The notes under the pieces were generated by a model that did no database searches, was not told the origin of the DNA, and saw only the letters and a program-made list of their open reading frames with translations. A stretch of DNA of 63,744 bases, counting the filler. It is 12 parts of 12 records of this genome, joined end to end, with 100 filler letters (N's around TTAATTAATTAA, not from the genome) between each part and the next. Parts side by side here need not be neighbours in the genome. Positions count along the whole stretch, not along the records: positions 20,424 to 23,844 come from SRR15195285_4081; positions 23,945 to 27,480 come from SRR15195285_4082; positions 27,581 to 34,001 come from SRR15195285_4083; positions 34,102 to 37,569 come from SRR15195285_4084; 8 more parts are not named here. One strand, given 5' to 3'. Position numbers and translations under genes: made by a program. Position 1 is the stretch's first letter; every line of letters begins with the position of its first letter. Positions 20,891 through 34,396 of the stretch are shown piece after piece.

Positions 20891-22501
20891 ATGCCGGCTA
20901 CTGTGATGGTACAGCCTCCACAACCTGCAGAGCCCGGTGAGGAGAGGCCGCTGTATACCGATTTGCGATCAATTGGAGCGGGCTTCTGGATCGCGCAGGC
21001 CGGAGGCGTGGGTCTAGCTTTCGGGTTTGCCCTCGGTTTCACGGTGGTGCTCACATTGGTAGCACATGGTGTGTACCCAACTTCGCAGATTTGTGAATGC
21101 CCTTCCTATCATGAAACGTTCGGTCCCGAGGCGGTGTTCTATGACGGCTGCAACGACGTTGAGTCGACATGGTATCAAACGTTCAACGAGCCGCCGGCAA
21201 ACGAGACACACCAGGTGAAGGGTTGGTTCGGATCTGTCGACTGGACTCGAGACACGCTGCACGAGTTCGAGATCACAAAGGCAGTGACCATCGAGCCAGA
21301 AACACCACCCACCGTATATGAGTGTCCGGTGTTCCGGCCGTTCTGGCAGTCGCCAGTCGACTGGGTCGCGATCGTGATCCTCGTCGTGGGCTACCTCGGA
21401 ACGGCATACAGCATCGCGACCGGTACAGTACGTTCGACGCAGGTATTTGCGGATCGTGTGCAGGTTGTGTGGCTCTTTGGCAGCCGCACCGAAGTGCCAC
21501 TGTGCGCGTTGCATGAGGGAACCGTCCCCGAAAAGCACAGTGCTGCTGGCCTGCCGCCGGCACGCGACGGTGCCCTTGCCCTCAAGACAACTGAGATCGT
21601 CGAGTATGCTGACAGTGAATGCGAGAGTGGTACCAGCACTCGGCTGACCGATGACAAGTCGACGTATACCGTCCGCGTCGAGCCTCTGGACACTGAGGCG
21701 TTTCTTAATGCCCTCGACTCAGCACGCGCGGCCCCAGAGCTAGGCCCAGACGGCGCGTTCCGAAGGGAGCATATATTCGCCGATGAGCTACCCACCGTGA
21801 TCGAGAAAGATGGTGGCATGGATCCTGAATCCAGCTACACGTACAGACCAAAGCACACAATCGGGTACTGGCTGAGGGTACTTCCAGTACTCGTCCTGTG
21901 GTGGTTTGTAGCGAGCTTTGGCTTTGCGATCGTGGTATACGCTGTGAAAGAGGTGGTGCAGCCGACACGGGCGAAGAAACCGGATGATTTCACACGCAGC
22001 GTGCTGGCTGTTGGTTATGACTCACTGATATTCCTTGGGGTCGTGCTTATCTTCGGTACGGTCGAGTATTTTATCGGCGTCCCATCCCAGGTGACAGTGC
22101 ACAAGGATGCATTTTTGGCGCAGTTCGAACGTGGCAGGGCCATCGAACGCATGGGGCTCTTCGGCGAACAACCAGTCTTCACATTGGCTGTGCCCAAGCA
22201 TGCACTGGTCGATGTCGAACAAGAAGGCGAATTGGACTGCTTTGAGCGAGTGCTGCGTTTCCCGTTCCAGCCTATGGGTGGAGTCTTCTTGAAAGCGAAG
22301 CGGTTTTACGTCGTGAAGGTGAAGGGGAAGAAGACCATTGTGGAGAGGAAGGTGGCGAAAAAAGGGGAGGACAGCAAGAGCGTGCAAAACAGCGACGGTC
22401 CCGAGACAGAGATCTTCTATCCAGATGATTGCGATAGGTTTGTCGCTGCGCTACGCGTAGCTGGCTCTAGTGCTGAGTCTCGATCCAATGAAGTTCCGTA
22501 A
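20891..22501 (+). CDS. Hypothetical multi-pass membrane protein (536 aa)
   Basis: Long single-exon ORF with about 4 hydrophobic segments. Some are followed by short beta-rich domains resembling bacterial-type PH folds. No family recognised. Confidence 0.6.
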   Translation: MPATVMVQPPQPAEPGEERPLYTDLRSIGAGFWIAQAGGVGLAFGFALGFTVVLTLVAHGVYPTSQICECPSYHETFGPEAVFYDGCNDVESTWYQTFNEPPANETHQVKGWFGSVDWTRDTLHEFEITKAVTIEPETPPTVYECPVFRPFWQSPVDWVAIVILVVGYLGTAYSIATGTVRSTQVFADRVQVVWLFGSRTEVPLCALHEGTVPEKHSAAGLPPARDGALALKTTEIVEYADSECESGTSTRLTDDKSTYTVRVEPLDTEAFLNALDSARAAPELGPDGAFRREHIFADELPTVIEKDGGMDPESSYTYRPKHTIGYWLRVLPVLVLWWFVASFGFAIVVYAVKEVVQPTRAKKPDDFTRSVLAVGYDSLIFLGVVLIFGTVEYFIGVPSQVTVHKDAFLAQFERGRAIERMGLFGEQPVFTLAVPKHALVDVEQEGELDCFERVLRFPFQPMGGVFLKAKRFYVVKVKGKKTIVERKVAKKGEDSKSVQNSDGPETEIFYPDDCDRFVAALRVAGSSAESRSNEVP

Positions 22502-22633
22502 CGTTACCTCTGTGCCTCTCTTGTCAACGAATTCATTTTGCCAATATGCACCACAGCTTTCGAGCAATGTAATTCGTTCTTCACTGTCACCAAAACACCC
22601 GCCCATGGCCGCAACAATGACGGCCAACCACTG

Positions 22634-23844
22634 CTATCTTTTCATCTGCCGCCACAGGTGGCTTTGCGGATTGTCTCTGTTGCACGTTAGGCATGCAGAC
22701 CGTCGGCGCCCGTGCTCGCACACCCCATTCCCCCCGCATGCTTGGCACTGAGATGGCTGGCGGTAGTGCTCACAGCGCCAAGCCTTGCCGTCTGAGATTC
22801 GCTTCTGTCCGTTCACAAGGAACAGCTTGCCCTTCTCACACCTGTACGCTGCGCCGGGTGCGATGGGGGGCAGTTCGCCTTCTGGTAGTGCGCTTGCGGC
22901 TGGGTGTGGCTTCACTCGCTCGAGAATGCTCTGAGGCACAAAAACAGCAGGCTTCACCCGTGGCGGCGGTGGAGGCGGGCCTGGCTGCCAGACTTTTTCT
23001 ACTGGCCGCTCTTTTGCCCTCTCTTTTGCCCTCTCTTTTGCCCGTGCACTGGGCCGTGTGCTGGGTGCTGCGTGTAGCTGGCCCGTCTCGGAGTGCCACT
23101 GCGCCCCCCAGCTATCGATCACGATCTTCGAGAGTGCCGTCTCATCGTCGTCCTCACTGTGTGCGCGTGAGCTTTCGTGCCGAACCCACTCGACCCCTGT
23201 CTCCTTCTGCGACCAGATGCGGTCGGCGATGTCTACGCCTGTTGGTTTTCGCGGCTGCGGACGCGGGGCGGCGCGGCGCGGCTCGTCCGCGTCGTCCGAG
23301 GCCTGCCCGAGCCGTATCCGGTCCTCGTCATCCGCGATGAAAAGCTCGTACCCGCGCTTCTTGATCGCTTCCCTCTTCTCTGCGCCCTTCTCGCTGCTGT
23401 CTATCTGCACAATGAAGAACCCATGTGCAGCCCTGGTGATGAGGCCGCGCTCCCCCAGGTCCTCGATGAGCACCCGCTGCCCCACCCACGACTCGGCTGT
23501 TATACCAGGCGGGTATGGCAACCCGCGGATCGCGACCGTCTCAGAGTCCTCGAGATACAGATCCCACCGCTCCTGTATGACCGCCGCCGGCTCACCCTTG
23601 AAGTAGTGCTGAAACTCGTCCCAGCGCAGACCTCTGGGGAGGTGGTGGCTGTCTGGCAGCGGCGGGGCGGCGCTGTCGCCCACCTCATCCGCAGCCCCGC
23701 CCTGCTGCCCCGCGGCCGCGGCTTGCGCGGTAGATTTCGCCTCCTCTTCTGGGCGCTGCTGCCGCCGCGGCGGCGGCGGCGACCATCGCGGCCGCGGCGA
23801 AGGATAGGTGGCCTCGTCGGCCGACAGGTGGCCTGGTTCGTTGG
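22634..23844 (-). CDS. Hypothetical protein with C-terminal CEHxRxxxxCxxC zinc-binding repeats (5' partial)
   Basis: The frame stays open to the contig end. C-terminus reads CEHYRQPSQCQACGGNGVCEHGRRRSACLTC. Confidence 0.65.
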
Positions 23845-24311
23845 NNNNNNNNNNNNNNNNNNNNNNNNNNNNNNNNNNNNNNNNNNNNTTAATTAATTAA
23901 NNNNNNNNNNNNNNNNNNNNNNNNNNNNNNNNNNNNNNNNNNNNCCCCCCCCCCCCCCCCCCCCCCCCCGTCCTTCCTTCCCCTCTCCTTATTCCCGCCT
24001 CCTTCCCCTTATTCCCGCCTCCCACAATACAGCTGTATCGGTGCCCTGGCCAGCAGGCTCTAGCTAGAGCGCCGGGATGAAACTAACCCCACGGCGAGCA
24101 AATGAACAAGTTGTGAACCCTCCGGCCTCCGCGCTCCGGGAATGCGGGAAAGAAATGACCTCAGCATGAGTCAGGACGCGCGGTACATAGGATCCTACAT
24201 ACAATTTCGCAATCGCCCCGCTCTGGTCGCGCTCATGGCAGCCTCCGATTGACCTCTGTGACCCCCCCCCCCGGCTCCCTCCAAGCCCGGCCAAGAAGCA
24301 CCGAAGCAGTG

Positions 24312-25508
24312 ATGCCAGGCAGGGCGGTGCAGCGCTTGCGACGCGTGGGCGCTGGTGTGGGTGTGAACGGCAGCGCTGGGATCGCGGATGTCGATACGGC
24401 GGTGGTGCCACTATCGGGCGGCAAAGTCCCGCGACGTGTGCCCATCAGCGACAGTGCTGCTGCCAAGGCGGCACTCAAGCAGGATGGGGCAGTCATCCTG
24501 ACCGAGCTTCCCGGCGCTGCTTCCGCGGAAGTCGGCAGCCCGCGATGGGAGGAGATCGCTAGCAAGCTTCCAGAGCTCACATTCGGCTCGGACCTCATCC
24601 CGGGCCTGCCACCAGTGGCATGCATGCACAACGAGTTCGCAAGAAACTCGCAGGTCAGAAAGCTTCAGGAGATGCACGGAATGGAGGGCGGCGTGCTCAA
24701 TCAGGCCACATCGGACGAGCTTCTGGCGGCAGCTGAGCAGGAGGGCTGGACTCCTTACACGGAGATCAAGTGGCAACACGGCGTGCGGCAGAATCCTCAC
24801 ACTGATGGCTACGTGTACGGCGATCACGTCCCGGACCACATATTTCTCCTCATGGAGAAGCAGAACGAGATTGGTGGGGAGAGTTTTTTTGTCGACGGAG
24901 AAGCGGTGCTCGAGCGGCTACGCTCAGACCCGGATGCCGCCTTGCTGCTACCGCTGTTGACGACGTTGGTGTTTGATCAGACGGAGTCCGCGGCCAATGG
25001 TGGCATCTTTCAAGGACGTTCGAGCAAGGGCCCACTGTTTGGCCGCCGTCCAAACGGTCGACTGCAGTGGAAACGAATGCTCGGGATGGACCAGCACCAG
25101 GATCTGTCACAATACCCGGACGGCGGGGCTCCGATGCCACGAAGCTGCTGGGGCATTACGCCAGAAACCCTTGCGCTGGCAGGAGAGCTTGAGTCGCAGA
25201 TCGCTCCGGACGAGCTCTTGCAGAAGATCGACCGTGCCATTCAGGTAGAATCCGAGGCGGCTGGGCGCGTGCTTGTCCAGAGCGGGGAGGCGCTCTGCAT
25301 CGACAACTACAGAATGCTGCACTCGAGAGAGGCTTTCGGCGGCGAAGGCGAGCGGAGGCTGTGGCGAATCTGGACATGGACAATGGACAGTGATGGCCGA
25401 CCGGACGGCGATGCGACTCCTGTCAGCTCGCCACTAGACATCCACTTGGAGCAGACCCAAGGATCTCGGCCGACGCTTGCAGCTCAAGCTTCTGTAGGCA
25501 CAGCATAA
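24312..25508 (+). CDS. TauD/TfdA-family Fe(II)/2OG dioxygenase
   Basis: PHTDG (HxD), GGESFFVDG, GEALCIDNYRMLHSR..F.G...R.L.R.W. The Arg-rich N-terminus could be a targeting peptide. Confidence 0.85.
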   Translation: MPGRAVQRLRRVGAGVGVNGSAGIADVDTAVVPLSGGKVPRRVPISDSAAAKAALKQDGAVILTELPGAASAEVGSPRWEEIASKLPELTFGSDLIPGLPPVACMHNEFARNSQVRKLQEMHGMEGGVLNQATSDELLAAAEQEGWTPYTEIKWQHGVRQNPHTDGYVYGDHVPDHIFLLMEKQNEIGGESFFVDGEAVLERLRSDPDAALLLPLLTTLVFDQTESAANGGIFQGRSSKGPLFGRRPNGRLQWKRMLGMDQHQDLSQYPDGGAPMPRSCWGITPETLALAGELESQIAPDELLQKIDRAIQVESEAAGRVLVQSGEALCIDNYRMLHSREAFGGEGERRLWRIWTWTMDSDGRPDGDATPVSSPLDIHLEQTQGSRPTLAAQASVGTA

Positions 25509-25535
25509 ACGATTTTGATTCATTCAAGCATGGCT

Positions 25536-25970
25536 TCACGACACAACATCACTCACATTGCCGTAGCCGCGCGAGTAATCTAGTTTAAAGACGGCGGCGA
25601 ATGGCGCTGGAGCAGTCATTCCTGGCTGAATAGCCAACACTAACCCCGCCACTTCACTCCACTGAAACGAGACCGACCCAGCGCCGAGCAGCGTGACAGA
25701 CGCCAACGACCGGTGCGGCCAGGTCCCGTCGACACCACCTGGCACGTTCACAGCAAACGGCATGGAGAGATTGCTAGTCATCGGCAATGTATCGTTCGCT
25801 AGCAACAGAAACAGACGAGCCGCAGCGAATTGGAGGAGTGGCGCCTGCTGCTCCCAACCCAACGCCGTCGATTCCACAGCCGCGTCGTTCGTACAGCGCA
25901 GCCGACAAAGAAACCATCGAGGATGGTGGTGGCCTACGCTCGACCACCCGTTGCTGGGGACGAACATGTA
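25536..25970 (-). pseudogene. Orphan 3' end of a host gene (beta-sandwich resembling an alpha-L-fucosidase C-terminal domain)
   Basis: SVTLLGAGSVSFQWSEVAGLVLAI...FAAVFKLDY. There is no upstream catalytic domain; it abuts the virus-like fragment. Confidence 0.35.
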
Positions 25971-25972
25971 CT

Positions 25973-26810
25973 ACCCTCTTTGGAGATGAGCACCAGCACC
26001 ACTCGCGTGCGCTTCCACGGCGTTTGGAGAATTTGCGCCATCCAATTCAGAACGTACTCGTACGAGGCTTCATCGCCGCAGCACCAGATGTTTTTGATGT
26101 GGTCCAAAAGCGGTTGAACGTCGCCCTGCCCGGCTTTTTCGCGACGAATCGCATAGCCACGAAACAGATTCATATCCGTGCCGTCGACGAACCGCCTCGG
26201 CAGCTGCTTCGTATCCAGCGACGGAAAGAAATCGACCTCGTGATATTGCAAACGCATGTCGTGCTGCAGCCATTCGTGGATCTTCATGCGGGATTTGTCG
26301 GCCATGATGTTCTGAGCCTTACCGGCTTCCTTGACGGGCACTGGGGGTTTGCCTGGCACGGTGTAGTAAAACGAGCTCGTGCTTTCGATGAAACGAATGC
26401 GCTCGTTCCACTCCTTGCACTGCAGCACGCTCTTGCGCCAACCTTTGGCCTCTTTGGTCACGTCCACCGTGTTGCAGCAGTCCGGGAACGTATTTCCGTC
26501 GTGCATCGCCGTTGCCCAGATCGGGTATGCATCGTTCCGCGTAGGCTAACTTATCCGCGCCACACAGGGGGCGCAGGAGGAGGACCCAATCGTGCAGAGT
26601 GTCCTCTTTGACTTTTTCGTAGTCCTCTTTTCGAAAGTCGCCTTTCTTGGTCTCGAGATCGATGTCCACGAACGGTTTTACCATACTGTCGAGCGTGTAA
26701 TGCTCTGAGTATGTCAATCGGTGGCCTTCCTTTGCGACTTGCTTTTGAAACTCCTCATAGTCAAGGTCTACTTTACGCCAGCCGTGAGTAAAATTGGTAA
26801 CGAAACGCAT
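25973..26810 (-). mobile_element. Decayed virus-like primase-helicase (AEP/PrimPol + D5/SF3 helicase-associated) gene fragment
   Basis: One frame has the AEP motif-A-like YSE...VKPFVDIDLE. A second frame has WL....R..Y..V.F.P...NLFRGY...LLDHIKNIWCCGD...YVLNWMAQILQTPW...VVLVLISKEG, which breaks off where the Walker A GK should follow. No introns; A/T-tract upstream region. Confidence 0.75.
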
Positions 26811-27117
26811 CCCTCGCGTCTCGATTTTGGATCAGCGTGAAAAACTGAGCTCATCAAAAAAAAAACAGATTACGTACTGGACCAAATTTCGCATAAGCAT
26901 AATCTTTTTTTTTTTCACGAAGCGTGAAATCGTCATCATGCATGCAAAAAATCTCACGATGGCCCGACTCCCGCTCGACCGTCAGAATGCAGATACATTC
27001 ATTAGCCAACAGCTCCCCGCGGCGCAGAAGGGGAGCCTCGGCATCGCGCTCGCACAAGCCTCCGCCACCTTAGCGGAGGGTGGCGTGGACCATGACGCTG
27101 CGATGCACGACCTGACG

Positions 27118-27453
27118 TTATGCATCGAAAACTTGCTGTACGAGGCTCATCTTCGCTCCTGCGATTGTCACAAGGTCATCCTCCGCAAACTCTTCTCCGT
27201 CGCTGCCGATGTCCAGCCCCTCGGCGTCGACGATGCGGTGGATGTAGAGCGTCTTCGTGCATTCGCCAGCCGGGTCGCTGAGGTCCTTGACCGTCACGAC
27301 GGGGCCGTGCGTGTAGTCGTAGTCCTCGTGCGGGGCGACTATGATGCGGACGGTGCGCCACGCTCGGCCTTGAGTACTGGACGGCTCTGTGCCTGCGTAG
27401 CGTATGCGGAGGGTGTCGCCAGCGTGCAGCTGAGCTCGCATGGGGTCCGCCAT
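27118..27453 (-). CDS. Small hypothetical ORF, possibly part of the virus-like segment
   Basis: Intronless 111-aa ORF on the same strand upstream of the primase. Weak WYL/Sm-like pattern (LRIRY...RTVR...KTLYIHRI). Confidence 0.35.
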   Translation of the reverse strand: MADPMRAQLHAGDTLRIRYAGTEPSSTQGRAWRTVRIIVAPHEDYDYTHGPVVTVKDLSDPAGECTKTLYIHRIVDAEGLDIGSDGEEFAEDDLVTIAGAKMSLVQQVFDA

Positions 27454-27580
27454 CGTTTGCTGTGTGTAGGCTGGTCGTTGNNNNNNNNNNNNNNNNNNNN
27501 NNNNNNNNNNNNNNNNNNNNNNNNTTAATTAATTAANNNNNNNNNNNNNNNNNNNNNNNNNNNNNNNNNNNNNNNNNNNN

Positions 27581-30538
<2,958 letters not shown>

Positions 30539-30572
30539 CGCGCAGGAAATACGCAGCTGCCACGAACCGCGC

Positions 30573-30623
30573 CTCGAGTTCCGGTCACATCTATCCATCA
30601 ACCCACTGTGACCGGAACTCGAG
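30573..30623. repeat. Perfect 17-bp inverted repeat with a 17-nt loop in a divergent intergenic region
   Basis: CTCGAGTTCCGGTCACA (30573-30589) and TGTGACCGGAACTCGAG (30607-30623). Confidence 0.9.
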
Positions 30624-30998
30624 CATACATATTTTCATAGAACTCACTGAGAAATGCAGCTTAGGAATTCCTACCCCCGGCAGCCCGTGACTCTGACTCG
30701 TGACTGTTCACGAACATGAGGAAGTTCCGGATACGGACCAATTCCCTGTTCCCAAGTTCCGGGAATTCGAGAGCTGTATTCCGGAGGATGCGGAATTGTG
30801 ATGACGGTGGCGGTCGCGGTGGCGGTGTTTTAATGGCGTGGCGATGAGGAGATAGAGGGGCTGTCGCTGCTCCAGTCGCGCCTCAGAGACACCCGGAGAG
30901 GAGGAGTCTACCGACGCTGCCAGGGAATGCTCATGGTACGGACCTAGCTGCTGCGTGAGCGGGCAGGCGGACGGCTGGCTGGCTGGAGAGCGGCGCAA

Positions 30999-33315
30999 AT
31001 GAACAGCGGGAGCCCGCGTGTGATCGTGCCGGACCGGCGCCATGTTGCGGCGTGGGTTGCAGGGGATGCGGCGCTGCACGGCGAGGTGTCGCGGTACGCC
31101 GACAGCTCGGACGAAGATGGTGAGTGGGACAGCATTGGGGGCGGCGGGGTGGCGGCGTGCATGATGGAAGAGGAAGCTTTGGAGGCGGAAGACTTGGAGG
31201 ACCAGCACTTTTCATTTTTCGATGCCGGCGGCCTGCACAGCGCCGGATGGAACGGGGCCGGCGACGAGGACCGCTCGCTGCGCAGCATTGGCCGGGGCGG
31301 TGGTGCCGGGGTCATTCCCAGCGTAGCAGCATCAGGGGCAGTGCCTGCTGCTGCGTCAGTGCATGCGCCGGTGGCTGCGCCGAAGCCCGAAGCAGAGAAG
31401 TCTGAGTCGACTCCATCCGCTGCGGCGGTCGCAGCGGCTGCTGCACGCGTCCGTGTCGCTGCCGCCAGCAACGTCGGCACGGCGACTAGAACCAGCAGCG
31501 CCAACGGGACTGGGCGGCGAATGGATGCAGCCACTCGTGGCTCCAAGGATTTGGAGGAGCGAGAGCGCCGCGCGCGAGCTGCCGAAGCACGCCTACGTGA
31601 GCAGGCTAAGCAGCAAGTAGCAGAGCGAGCAGAGCTAGCGGCGGTGCAGGCCAAGGCTGCTCGCCTCCGGGCTGCGCAGCAAGAACAAGCTGCAGCAGCT
31701 GCGCGGCAGGCGGCGACTGTGCAGCAGAACCCTGGAACTCCGGCCGCAGCGGCAGCACCTGCATCGATCAGTGCACGTCCGGAGAGCCCTGTTGCCGAAC
31801 GCCAGGGAGATGCGCTTTCGACCGCGTCTACGCCGCCACGGCCTCAGACAGCTGCAAAACGCGGGCCAACGCGTCCACCACCTGACTCGCCGTTGCGAAC
31901 GTGCGCGGCCTCGCATCCAGCCCGTGCTTCCGTAGGGGTACAGGGATCTTCGTCTTTCGCTCATCGCACTGCTATTGACTTGAACCAACGTCTGGGCGCA
32001 GGAGCACGCTGGAGTCGAAGTTTCTAGAACTGCAGCAAGCTGTGCGTGCCACGCCTCCTCGTAAGAAGTCGTTCGCTGCTCCACAGCACCACCACCAGAC
32101 ATCTGCAAATGCAAACGATATCAGCAAGTTGAGAGGAAGTGTTGAGTTTGAGCGGCAAGGTATGCAAGAGCACTCCAGAGTTACAGCCGTACACGCCGTG
32201 GTGACTGTTAGGCCGAATGAAATGCCTTGGTGAAGACCCTAAGCTTTCATTTTGTGCGCAGTCACCGCGGTTGCGAAGGAGGCCTGGCGTGAGGCCTCGG
32301 CCGAAGAGGCTGGATGGGCCAAAGAATTGCAGCAAGTCAGAGCGGAAATCAAAGCGGCGGAAGCGGAGGAGGCTGAGAACAAGGCCGCGTCAGAACAGCC
32401 GATCCAATCACCACAGGCAGTTGAGCAAGGACCGGTTGCCGCCACAGCTGACTCTGTGCTTTCAGGCCGGCGCAGCAATGCTTTGCATTTACGGCAGGTG
32501 CCGCCGACCGACGCGGCTGCGGCAACGCTAGTGACACGTGATGAGGCTGCGGAGGCAGGCGTGAAGTGGTCAGATGTGGGTACGCCGGCTGAGGTTCTTG
32601 AGAAGAAGCTTCGTAAATATCGCGCGAAGATGAATTCTCCAGAGCTAACAACTGCCAAGCGAAACGAGTATCTATCCAAGATCAGGCACTACTCTGCCAA
32701 GGCCACAGAGCTGGAGCGTGACAGCGGCAAGCCAGGCCCAGCTGAGAGAAGTAGCGGTGGTGGCACGGAGGGGCGCAGCGTGGCAGGTCAAAGAACAGCG
32801 CCGCGCTCCGATGATAGCGGCGTGCTGCCTGGCGCGGGCGCAAGTGCTTTGCCAAGGAGAGCGGGACAAGAGCACTATCATAGCGCGCGGGCCCAAAACT
32901 CTGCGTTGGCTATTAGTGAGCAGGGTGGCTGGAAGGTTGGTGATCGATGTCACGCAGGAGCTGTCTTGGGCGTCGGAACTGTCCGCTTTGTCGGCCAGTG
33001 CCTTGAGTTGGCGAGGGGTAAGGTCAGTGGAACCGGAACTCCGGCGCTGTGGGCGGGAGTAGAGCTGGATCTACCGCGCGGGAAGCACGACGGGTAGGCG
33101 TCTTGCCCGCAAGCATCCCACACGGGCAGAAGAAAAAAAAATCAGCCTTCCACTGATTTTTCAACTGCCTATATCCCTCTAGCTGGCTGACGCGCTGCGT
33201 GGCTGCGGTGGGCTGTTGTTTGCTGCGCAGGAAAGTGCGAGGCCAGCGCTACTTCCAATGCCAGCCGCAGTGCGGTGTTTTGTTGAAACTTGCGAAGCTG
33301 CGACCGCTCAGCTGA
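30999..33315 (+). CDS. Low-complexity/coiled-coil protein with C-terminal CAP-Gly domain, 4 exons
   Basis: VGDRC...GTVRFVG...WAGVELDLPRGKHDG is spliced to KVRGQRYFQC...CGVLL. The start codon is uncertain. Confidence 0.75.
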
Positions 33316-34396
33316 CGCATTGGGAGTGGCGGGTGTAGCGGCTGCGCGAGCGGTAGAAAGAGCGCGGGGGAGGTACACCGCTGTTCGTCGCGGGCTTGTA
33401 CCAATAGCAGGTATTTCTTCATTTTGGGCTACAAAGACATGTCCCTCCAGCATGTGCCGTGTCAACAGTCAGTAGTGCGTTGAGCGCACTGGTGTCCGCG
33501 TCTAAGTCGCGCGAGGATGTCACGGGCGTGTCTTGAAATGGGACTGGAGCATGCGCAGCTTGGCGAGGGAGAGGCCCGTCAGCCCTACTGCGTAATCCTC
33601 CGCGCTGCGCTTGCGCGCCGGCTCCAGGCTTGTCGCCGGCGCGACCTTGTCGGCTGAGGTTGTCGACGACGCGCAGTGGGGTTCGCTGGGTGCCGGCTCG
33701 ACGGTGCTCCGGAACTTGACGACCGTGGGCGACATCGGTGACTCGTAGATGGTGGTGGTTGTAGACTCTCCGCTCCACGGCGTGAGGTCCAGCGAGGGCG
33801 ACAGAACGAGCTCCGGCATCGCGATATCCAGCAACCTATGAAAAAAACTGCGCTCCGCTCGCTCCCGGGGGGGCCACTCTCTCACCTCTCACTTCCCACC
33901 CAGCTGCCTTCCACCCCACTCCCCTCACCTCCTGTCAAGCCTGCCTCCCGCTGTGCTGCGCTGCGGCTCTCCTGTGCTGTGCTGTGCTGTGCTGTGCTGT
34001 GNNNNNNNNNNNNNNNNNNNNNNNNNNNNNNNNNNNNNNNNNNNNTTAATTAATTAANNNNNNNNNNNNNNNNNNNNNNNNNNNNNNNNNNNNNNNNNNN
34101 NCCCCCCCCCCCCCCCCACACACACACACCCTTTCTGAATCTACGCACGGTGTCGTTGTGTTACGTGCACTGACATGTGGCTTTACGTTCTGTCTTCTCG
34201 TGCAGGGTGACAGTGATCTCTAGTCGGCAAGCGGGATAGTGACTGGAGAAGATACCCACGAGGAAAAACGACAGGTGATCGGGTAGACTGGAGAGCGTGC
34301 AGTTATCAGTGCAGAACTTAGAACAATGTTCAAGGCTCACGCTTGGCATAAGCCCGCCTGCATTGTATTGTAGATCAGGCCACAGCCACATTACCT

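Noticed and set aside
26794-27480. Plus-strand 244-aa ORF and the many other long antisense ORFs in the track
   Set aside because: Shadow ORFs expected in GC-rich coding DNA; they have no motifs and overlap better-supported genes.
33520-33885. Short minus-strand ORF (MPELVLSPS...)
   Set aside because: It may be a real small gene, but there is no recognisable motif to support a call.
33970-34130. Microsatellites and homopolymers at contig ends ((CTGTG)n, Cn, (CA)n; also (CTG)n at 12212, (AG)n at 41408, (CT)n at 60342)
   Set aside because: Ordinary simple repeats that explain the assembly breaks.
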